From positions 1 to 43,896 of IMG/VR virus record IMGVR_UViG_3300002922_000001: a DNA stretch of 43,896 nucleotides. One strand, written 5' to 3'. Source of the stretch: a virus. Both the position numbers and the translations under genes were made by a program. Shown piece after piece: positions 24,221 to 30,433 of the stretch (position 1 is the first letter of the stretch; every line of letters starts with the position of its first letter). The notes beneath the pieces are model-generated. The model saw only the letters and a program-made list of their open reading frames with translations. It did not search any database and had not been told where the DNA came from.

Positions 24221-24429
24221 TGTTTAGACGAATTATTTTAGATCAAAAAATACGGACGTACATTTATACGTATGCCCCTATGAAAAAGAGATTTGAAGTC
24301 TTTCAATTACACGAAGCTACCTTCATAGCATTTGATGAGGGTTATATGGTAGGACGATACGCCACTATAGACGAAGCGTACGAGGGCATTAAGTTCTACT
24401 TGTTCGGCATTTATCCACCAGCAGCATAA
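24220..24429 (+). CDS. Hypothetical protein (69 aa)
   Basis: TAATG overlap start at 24220 preferred over the non-ATG track start 24202. Confidence 0.45.
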   Translation: MFRRIILDQKIRTYIYTYAPMKKRFEVFQLHEATFIAFDEGYMVGRYATIDEAYEGIKFYLFGIYPPAA

Positions 24430-24446
24430 TGGAGCATTACCCCACA

Positions 24447-24669
24447 ATGCACTTAAAAATTTATATCTCCGGGCCAATGCGCGGATAAGCGAATCGTAGT
24501 AATGCACGACGTAGGCTTAGTAGCCAGTTGGGCGGACGCGGTAGTAACTCTACCCGGCCACGAAAACAGCGTAGGCGCTACAGCAGAAATAGCGGTAGCC
24601 AAGTTTGCAGAAATACCGGTTATAACTATTGCCAACATATCGACTTACTTGTACGCGGTAAGCGGCTAA
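24447..24669 (+). pseudogene. Decayed DUF4406 (nucleoside 2-deoxyribosyltransferase-like) gene: N-terminal 13 codons, stop, frame change, C-terminal 55 codons
   Basis: MHLKIYISGPMRG* (24447..24488), then in the +1 frame ...DKRIVVMHDVGLVASWADAVVTLPGHENSVGATAEIAVAKFAEIPVITI... ending at 24669. The central roughly 40 aa expected for the family is absent. Confidence 0.5.
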
Positions 24670-24670
24670 C

Positions 24671-24751
24671 ATGGCAGAAAAAGAATTATGGGTTATGATG
24701 CTGATACCTATCATTTTAATAGTGTTAGGACACTTCGGAGTCATAAGCTAG
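24671..24751 (+). CDS. Tiny hydrophobic peptide (26 aa, MAEKELWVMMLIPIILIVLGHFGVIS)
   Basis: ATG lies 1 nt after the preceding stop. One TM-length hydrophobic segment. Below the track cut-off. Confidence 0.35.
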   Translation: MAEKELWVMMLIPIILIVLGHFGVIS

Positions 24752-24773
24752 TAAGTGAACATTGACGACATAC

Positions 24774-24845
24774 GGCGCGGTAGTTCAATGGCAGAACGTC
24801 AGTATTAACGGTACTGAAACGGTGGTTCGATTCCACCCCAAGCCA
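24774..24845 (+). tRNA. tRNA-like gene, predicted anticodon AAC (Val) - aberrant, possibly degenerate
   Basis: By-eye cloverleaf: acceptor GGCGCGG/CCAAGCC (G4-A69 and C5-A68 mismatches), U8 A9, D arm GTTC-AATGGCA-GAAC, anticodon arm TCAGTA-TTAACGG-TACTGA (6 bp), 3-nt variable AAC, T arm GGTGG-TTCGATT-CCACC, discriminator A, no encoded CCA. Confidence 0.55.
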
Positions 24846-25323
24846 TACTAATTCGCAGTAGCTTTTGAAGTACAGCGAAATGGGTATCTCTCGCCTTGCA
24901 CCAATGTAGAGAACGTCGCCTAGCTAGGGCGGCTACGTGTCGGTGATTGTCAATTGTCTTGATAAAGATAAAACAGCCGATACCAAGCGGTTAACTGCAC
25001 CGCTCGCCAAGCCTAACAGCAGTTTGTCAGCCGGATTAGCTACCGGCATTAAATCCAACAATTGCGTATACGCTTGATCTGTTGGTTAGTCTAGCTGTAC
25101 TATGAACAGTAGTTAACGGGTACGTGTAGCGGTATAGCTTAACCCAAGCCTTTCTTACGATTGCGGCGAGTCCGAAAGGACGAAGTACACAAATCACAGC
25201 TAAGGCCAGTAAAGCGATTTCGGAAAAGGTAGCCAAAGTGTTTATCTTAGTATGTTATTGTTGTGAGTAATGGTAATCTCACTACGCTACACAAACCTTT
25301 ACAGAATTTAATAGGGGCTTATT

Positions 25324-25392
25324 GTGAATTACTTTCCACTTGTTTTAGTTTGGCTAGGCGGTTTTCTAATCGGTACGTCAATCTTCGTTTAA
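25324..25392 (+). CDS. Tiny hydrophobic peptide (22 aa, GTG start: NYFPLVLVWLGGFLIGTSIFV)
   Basis: Preceded by AGGGGCTTATT-GTG, the same 15-nt initiation region as the next ORF. Confidence 0.4.
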   Translation: MNYFPLVLVWLGGFLIGTSIFV

Positions 25393-25402
25393 GGGGCTTA
25401 TT

Positions 25403-25480
25403 GTGAGTAGAACAGAACGAGACATTATGATGGCACTAGTAGGCGGGCTTGTTGTCTGTGTACTACTGAAACTAATTTAA
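25403..25480 (+). CDS. Tiny membrane peptide (25 aa, GTG start: SRTERDIMMALVGGLVVCVLLKLI)
   Basis: Duplicate AGGGGCTTATTGTGA initiation region. Stop overlaps the next ATG (TAATG). Confidence 0.4.
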   Translation: MSRTERDIMMALVGGLVVCVLLKLI

Positions 25481-25629
25481 TGCTTACTACTAAGGGCTTC
25501 GCGGTAATTGGTGTAGGAGTTGCCGTATTAGGTTTATTGCTATGGAAACTTACCGGAATCACTATCGGCTTTATAGCCGGATGTGTGGTAACATACTATT
25601 TCATTACTTGGTTAGGTGATTTACATTGA
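25480..25629 (+). CDS. Small membrane protein (49 aa, two hydrophobic segments)
   Basis: MLTTKGFAVIGVGVAVLGLLLWKLTGITIGFIAGCVVTYYFITWLGDLH. TAATG coupling to the upstream peptide ORF. Confidence 0.45.
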   Translation: MLTTKGFAVIGVGVAVLGLLLWKLTGITIGFIAGCVVTYYFITWLGDLH

Positions 25630-25682
25630 ACCAAAGCAAACTCTTAAAAGGCTACTACGTAGGCCAACGGAAAGAATTAATT

Positions 25683-25772
25683 ATGAAGATTCTATTAGGT
25701 ATTGTAATAGGGGCGGTAGTTGTAGCGGTACTAGGTTTATTGTATCTCCTTTACGCCTTTACGCCAAAATGA
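25683..25772 (+). CDS. Tiny hydrophobic peptide (29 aa, MKILLGIVIGAVVVAVLGLLYLLYAFTPK)
   Basis: Stop overlaps the ATG at 25769 as ATGA. It competes with the N-terminal extension of track ORF 25616..26005. Confidence 0.4.
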   Translation: MKILLGIVIGAVVVAVLGLLYLLYAFTPK

Positions 25773-26005
25773 AAGATATAACGGCTTCTATAGTCTTACC
25801 CAAAGATACGCGATTGTGTGTACAGGGCGAGAACGATAAACTAATCGGCGGAGACTGCTTGTTAGTCGCCGGACTGGTAAAAGTAGAAGAGAGACACAAT
25901 AAACACTTGACACTGATCTATAGGGGCGGGCATACTAAGACCTTGTTCAATAACTCAAGTAAGCTTGTAAAAAAGCTGAAAACTAGATTAGAGAAATACT
26001 TGTGA
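25769..26005 (+). CDS. Hypothetical protein (78 aa)
   Basis: Internal ATG (Met52 of the track ORF) coupled by ATGA to the peptide ORF. The 51-aa extension from GTG 25616 overlaps two better-supported hydrophobic ORFs. Confidence 0.5.
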   Translation: MKDITASIVLPKDTRLCVQGENDKLIGGDCLLVAGLVKVEERHNKHLTLIYRGGHTKTLFNNSSKLVKKLKTRLEKYL

Positions 26006-26247
26006 AACTAAAAACGACAGCGGTAGAAAACGGCTTTATAAGAATAAGTGCGATTGACATAGCTGAAAAACGTATGCTAGAAAGCATGAGCGGTAGCGAT
26101 TACTTCGGAGCTATTGTTTACACCTTAGCAGACGGCTCTACTCGACAGATCAAAATAGACGAAGAGAAAGAAGCTGACGCTATACTAGACCACATACAAA
26201 AATGTATAGAAGAGGTAGAAGGATATTCTACTTTAGAGGCTTCGTAA
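26002..26247 (+). CDS. Hypothetical protein (81 aa), GTG start
   Basis: GTGA overlap with the upstream stop. Confidence 0.55.
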   Translation: MKLKTTAVENGFIRISAIDIAEKRMLESMSGSDYFGAIVYTLADGSTRQIKIDEEKEADAILDHIQKCIEEVEGYSTLEAS

Positions 26248-26251
26248 ATCG

Positions 26252-26482
26252 ATGAAATCAGTCTACAGCGTAGAGGGCGAAGTAAAAGGGCATGTGTGGA
26301 GGCTAGATGGTACAGGCTATTTAGTAACAGCACACGGGCAGTACTACAAGGGTAGTGCATTTAAGACCTTCGACAATAAGGCGGCGGCTATTGAGTGGCT
26401 CGACTTACTGGTAGATGCTGGTAGCGTGGACGATATGAACGAAGTAGGCGCAATAAAAATAGAGGCTATCGATGATGAATGA
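26252..26482 (+). CDS. Hypothetical protein (76 aa)
   Basis: ORF in a tightly packed series. Confidence 0.55.
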   Translation: MKSVYSVEGEVKGHVWRLDGTGYLVTAHGQYYKGSAFKTFDNKAAAIEWLDLLVDAGSVDDMNEVGAIKIEAIDDE

Positions 26483-26774
26483 AGACACTTTAATTAACTG
26501 TGGTAGGTGTGGTGCTGAAGCCATTACTATACCTTGTGTCTATGGTGTAGCCGAAGATGGTACAGTAATACAACGATCATTAATCAAGCCTGTAACTGTA
26601 TGCAGTGGAAGCTGTAGCAGTAGCCTACGTCCAGTACGTGAAGCAGTCGAAGATCTCCAACAAGTGGAGACCCTACAGAAAAAGGGGCTGGATAATGTGC
26701 CGGAACATATGCCGGATAACATAGGGCTAAGAGAACAGCTAGAGATACAGTTTAAACCACAGATGGACGACTAA
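26472..26774 (+). CDS. Hypothetical protein with CxxC / CSGSC zinc-ribbon-like motifs (100 aa)
   Basis: CGRCGAE ... CSGSC. Last ORF of the early/middle rightward arm. Confidence 0.55.
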   Translation: MMNEDTLINCGRCGAEAITIPCVYGVAEDGTVIQRSLIKPVTVCSGSCSSSLRPVREAVEDLQQVETLQKKGLDNVPEHMPDNIGLREQLEIQFKPQMDD

Positions 26775-26928
26775 AATCGCCACACAGCGAACGAATGGAC
26801 GGGTAGAAACGACGGAAAGGACGGCACCCTACGTCTGCTATCAATCTGCAAAATAATACGGGAGCGCGGCTCTCAGGACGACGATAAGACCATCCATTGA
26901 CCACCCATACCCCCAAAGATCACTAGGG

Positions 26929-26963
26929 AACGGAGGGATAACAGCAACCCCCCCGTTTTGTGT
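26929..26963 (+). terminator. Rho-independent terminator (AACGGAGGG ... CCCCCCGUU + UUGUGU)
   Basis: 9-position stem with one A-C mismatch, an 11-nt loop and a U-rich tail, read directly. Lies 155 nt after the last early ORF. Confidence 0.6.
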
Positions 26964-26988
26964 ACGATTTTCCGTATTCAAAGACAAA

Positions 26989-27008
26989 CACTGTAAATAC
27001 CTACAGTA
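26989..27008. promoter_or_regulatory. Palindrome CACTGTAAATACCTACAGTA (CTGT-N8-ACAG, SOS-box-like; also carries the ACTGTAAATA promoter-like core)
   Basis: Read directly. Sits between two terminator hairpins, 100 nt upstream of the first late-operon ATG. Confidence 0.55.
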
Positions 27009-27028
27009 GCCCCTAGAAGGGCTATTTT
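27007..27028 (+). terminator. Hairpin UAGCCC-CUAGAA-GGGCUA + UUUU
   Basis: Read directly. Same stem sequence as the leftward terminator at 11783..11800 but a different loop. Overlaps the right arm of the palindrome by 2 nt. Confidence 0.6.
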
Positions 27029-27108
27029 GAGCTTATACCCGCTAGGGTAGCTCCACCTAACCCCACACCAACCAACCAAGAAGCGGCTTCGGCGGCTATC
27101 GAGGATTT

Positions 27109-27570
27109 ATGAAACACATAGAGACCGCGCTACACGCGGCTACCGGTACTATGCTTGGCCTATTGGTCGGGTTTGTTCTACTGGCGGCCTACTCCGAGGT
27201 ACGGAGCGAAGAGCTACCAGAAATCAACCTTACGAAGATCGAACGAGCGGACCTTAACGTAATCGCTTGGACCAATCGCCAAGCTGACGAAGTATGTCAC
27301 CTAGTCGAAGAAGAGCTACGGCTATCTCCTAGAGTGACGAAAGAGGCTAAAGAGCTAATTACGGCGAAGGTACAGATTGTGGCAAACGAGCTACAACGCT
27401 TCGCGGCGACTCGCGGACAAATCGTAACCGAGTTAGAGACTTACTTAGTATCTCAAAAAGCCTTATCCGACGAGATAGGCTCTATAGGATACTCCTACCG
27501 TCTGATTATGATCGACGGATGTAGCGGAGACCAAACACAGAAATTAACAGTACAGCGAGCGGGAAAATGA
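27109..27570 (+). CDS. Membrane-anchored protein (153 aa)
   Basis: GAGGA SD. N-terminal hydrophobic GTMLGLLVGFVLLAAY. Confidence 0.6.
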   Translation: MKHIETALHAATGTMLGLLVGFVLLAAYSEVRSEELPEINLTKIERADLNVIAWTNRQADEVCHLVEEELRLSPRVTKEAKELITAKVQIVANELQRFAATRGQIVTELETYLVSQKALSDEIGSIGYSYRLIMIDGCSGDQTQKLTVQRAGK

Positions 27571-27989
27571 TAGACAAACGAGGAATGCTTATAGGCATGG
27601 TAGCGCACTGGCTAAAAAAAGTAGACTGGAAGCGTTGGCTTGTGATTACGTTATTTGGCGTACTGCCAATGCTCGCGCTATTGAGTGTTGCGCATATAGC
27701 CAACGCAGCAGAATATCCTAATATGAGCGTTATGGCTCCAACTTGTGAAAAGACGGAATCTACCCTTTCTAAGGGTAACCATACTTTAGTGGATTGCACA
27801 GTAGTCGGGCGCGACGGAACTATGACTTTGATTATGAACGCCACGATGAGTGACGGCAAAGACCGACGCATGGCTATGCGAATTGAGCAAAACACTAGCG
27901 GTGCGTGGTTTACGGGATTACCTGTTTATGGTGACGGACACCATCTAATCGAACAAGACGAAGTAATCTACAATTACTACGAGCAATAA
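27567..27989 (+). CDS. Secreted/membrane protein (140 aa)
   Basis: ATGA overlap start. WLVITLFGVLPMLALLSVAHIANA signal-like segment. Confidence 0.6.
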   Translation: MIDKRGMLIGMVAHWLKKVDWKRWLVITLFGVLPMLALLSVAHIANAAEYPNMSVMAPTCEKTESTLSKGNHTLVDCTVVGRDGTMTLIMNATMSDGKDRRMAMRIEQNTSGAWFTGLPVYGDGHHLIEQDEVIYNYYEQ

Positions 27990-28002
27990 AAAGGTATGAG
28001 CA

Positions 28003-29685
28003 ATGGCTAGTGGATTCGACGCACAGCGGCAAGTATCTGCTGACAATACTACAAATTGGGGTAACATAGGCGGCGGCGCGGGTGTAGCTTCTGAGACGGA
28101 CGTAATTTACCAAGGCTCAGCTTCGGTATCCAGAAAGGTAACTACTACGTTAAAGGGATTTTATTATCTTGGCGGAACGGCCCGTAACATGAACAACGAC
28201 CCTTACAAGGTTTGTTTGTTTAAGGTTAACGCGACTAACTACTCTGCACTAGTGGAACTAAGACTTAGACTAGGTAACGCTACAGGTACTTGGCACGAAT
28301 GGACAATTTTTGACAGCACTACTAATTATCCACCAACGGGCGGCTGGCAGATAGTTCCGGTTAATCCACGGATTAGTTTAACAACTTCCGGTACTTCTGG
28401 TTCACCTAATTGGGCGGCTTGTGACTATTTTGCTACACAAGCAGACTTTACTGCTTCGTCTAAAGCTGAGAATTTAGTACTTGACGCTTTAGACTTTTAC
28501 AACGGTTGTTATGTTAACGGCGGCTCTTCGGGAACCCCTGAAACTTTTCAGACTTTAATAGATCAAGACGAAAACCAAGGAACAAGCGGACGGTATGGCG
28601 GCATAACCACTAGAGAAGGTATAATCTACGCTTACGGTAAAGTAGTGGTAGGCGGTAGTTTGTCCGCCGGTACAGTTACGGGTGTTTCTACGTATTTCGA
28701 GGATAGCGGAAAAACTATAATCTTCCCCGATGGTAGGTTTCATGCCGGTTATAGTGGATTACACTTAGATGTAAGTGCAAATTCTACTACAGTAGTGGAT
28801 GTGGCCGGATGTGCTTTCGTAGGACGAGGATTTAGCTCAGGATACGCGGACGGTACTGAAGGATCTACAGACGACACCAGACCTGTTGCTGACTTTATTG
28901 GACCCGCCAACTTGGACGGTACAGGAAACATAGACGGATGTTTGTTTGATAATTTCGCAAGTATTTACATCGATTATAATTTTTCCGGCGTGGTTACGTT
29001 TAAAAACTGTGGCACGGTAACAAACAAAGCAAGCTTAGGCGGAGATTCGGATAACCTAGACGGAAGTACGTTTACTGGTAGTCCTATAGCGGCAACAGAG
29101 GCGCAACTATACGTACAAGACAACGGCGGTGCGGTTGATCTTTCTGATATGTCTTTTGTATCTGGCGGCACGGGACACGCTATTGAGTTCCAAGCCAGTA
29201 TATTAAGTACTCCTACGATTAACTTGAATAGCGTAATATTCGATGGATACGCGGCAAGCGACGGAAGTACAGGCAACGAGACCATCTATATACCTAAGAC
29301 TTCAGGTACGTACACTATAAACGTATTCGGCGGAACGGTACCGACTATTAAGACAGACGGCGCTACGGTAAACGTAGTGGTTAACCCGGTGGACTTAGAC
29401 ATAACAGTTATCTCTGCTACAACCGGAGCGGTTATACCTAGCGCAAGAGTTAGAATCTTGGCGGATACTGGCGGTGATCTTACGGCGGGTGACGTTATAA
29501 TCGAAGGCTTAACAGACGGTTCAGGTAAAATATCTGATACCCGAGCGTACACGGCAGACCAACCCATAACCGGTAGAGTCCGCAAGAGTTCAGTTAGTCC
29601 ATATTACAAAACAGGTAACGTAGTTGGTACAGTTGTTTCTGACGCGGGACTTGCTATAACAGTTTCTTTAATCGATGATGAGTAA
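28003..29685 (+). CDS. Tailspike / fiber-like structural protein (beta-helix-like repeats, C-terminal carboxypeptidase-regulatory-like beta sandwich)
   Basis: 560 aa, Gly/Thr/Ser/Asn-rich repetitive beta pattern. C-terminal VNPVDLDITVISATTGAVIPSARVRILADTGG ... GLTDGSGKISD. Family not identified. Confidence 0.5.
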   Translation: MASGFDAQRQVSADNTTNWGNIGGGAGVASETDVIYQGSASVSRKVTTTLKGFYYLGGTARNMNNDPYKVCLFKVNATNYSALVELRLRLGNATGTWHEWTIFDSTTNYPPTGGWQIVPVNPRISLTTSGTSGSPNWAACDYFATQADFTASSKAENLVLDALDFYNGCYVNGGSSGTPETFQTLIDQDENQGTSGRYGGITTREGIIYAYGKVVVGGSLSAGTVTGVSTYFEDSGKTIIFPDGRFHAGYSGLHLDVSANSTTVVDVAGCAFVGRGFSSGYADGTEGSTDDTRPVADFIGPANLDGTGNIDGCLFDNFASIYIDYNFSGVVTFKNCGTVTNKASLGGDSDNLDGSTFTGSPIAATEAQLYVQDNGGAVDLSDMSFVSGGTGHAIEFQASILSTPTINLNSVIFDGYAASDGSTGNETIYIPKTSGTYTINVFGGTVPTIKTDGATVNVVVNPVDLDITVISATTGAVIPSARVRILADTGGDLTAGDVIIEGLTDGSGKISDTRAYTADQPITGRVRKSSVSPYYKTGNVVGTVVSDAGLAITVSLIDDE

Positions 29686-29874
29686 ATGAGCGAATTACAC
29701 GAAATGAACGTTAAGGCTATGTTAGCTCACGCGGATCGAACAGAACACGCTGTAGACGTTATAAAAACTGAAGTAACGAACATACACACGCAAATTAAGC
29801 AACAAAACGAGAATATAAAAACACTAGAAGCCAAATTAAACGCGATATTGGCAACAATTCAAACATTAAAGTAG
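29686..29874 (+). CDS. Small coiled-coil protein (62 aa)
   Basis: Heptad-like sequence. ATG is immediately after the upstream stop. Confidence 0.55.
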   Translation: MSELHEMNVKAMLAHADRTEHAVDVIKTEVTNIHTQIKQQNENIKTLEAKLNAILATIQTLK

Positions 29875-29882
29875 GGTAAAAC

Positions 29883-30407
29883 ATGATAACTATCGACTGG
29901 AATACGTTAGTTATTACGGTACCACAAAGCTACTTAACACTTGTATCGGGAACACTTTACGAGCTAGACACCGATCGTTTCAGATTAGACTTAAAAGACA
30001 TTGAAGATAACGTAGAGGGTATGCCGTTTTTGGATACTCATCGGCACAATACTGAAGTCTCGGTAGCTGGAACTACGTACGCTCGTACTTTGGAGATAAT
30101 CAACGGCTATTCTGTCGAGTTCGAAAACGGCGCGTATAGTGTTAGATTAGCTGGAAGTAATAACAACATCTTCGACGTTGAGTCGGGAATACTTGTACAG
30201 AACAATGTACAGGTAATTTCACAAAACGCGGCGGGCTTAGTGGTTACACAAAGCATTGACTCCGACAAGTTAGACGAACTTTACAGACTACACGGCTTAG
30301 ACGCGAGTAGTCCAGTAACAGCTACCCCAACTTCGGTTACAACGACCGACATAGACCTAGAAATAACCGGAGACGGGACTACTACCAGTACCGTAACCAG
30401 AACTTAA
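29883..30407 (+). CDS. Structural (fiber-associated) protein, unknown family (174 aa)
   Basis: ORF between two large fiber-like genes. Thr-rich C-terminus. Confidence 0.5.
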   Translation: MITIDWNTLVITVPQSYLTLVSGTLYELDTDRFRLDLKDIEDNVEGMPFLDTHRHNTEVSVAGTTYARTLEIINGYSVEFENGAYSVRLAGSNNNIFDVESGILVQNNVQVISQNAAGLVVTQSIDSDKLDELYRLHGLDASSPVTATPTSVTTTDIDLEITGDGTTTSTVTRT

Positions 30408-30433
30408 ACAAATCATAAAAGAGATTTACAACA

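Noticed and set aside
24453-24744. Minus ORFs 24453..24638 and 24550..24744, and 24307..24507
   Set aside because: They are antisense to the recognisable DUF4406 remnant and the small plus-strand ORFs. There are no start contexts.
25093-25107. CTGTACTATGAACAG, an SOS-box look-alike
   Set aside because: The spacer is 7 nt, not 8, so it does not fit CTGT-N8-ACAG. I noted it only as part of the ORF-free interval.
25036-25236. 66-aa minus ORF with a hydrophobic N-terminus in the ORF-free interval
   Set aside because: Its start is a TTG with no SD-like sequence upstream (AAGATAAACAC). I kept the interval as a non-coding candidate instead, and translation cannot be excluded.
25616-25768. N-terminal 51-aa extension (GTG 25616) of track ORF 25616..26005
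   Set aside because: The extension is basic and unstructured-looking. It overlaps the fourth small hydrophobic ORF (25683..25772) and the 3' end of the third (25480..25629), and the fourth small ORF is ATGA-coupled to the internal ATG 25769.
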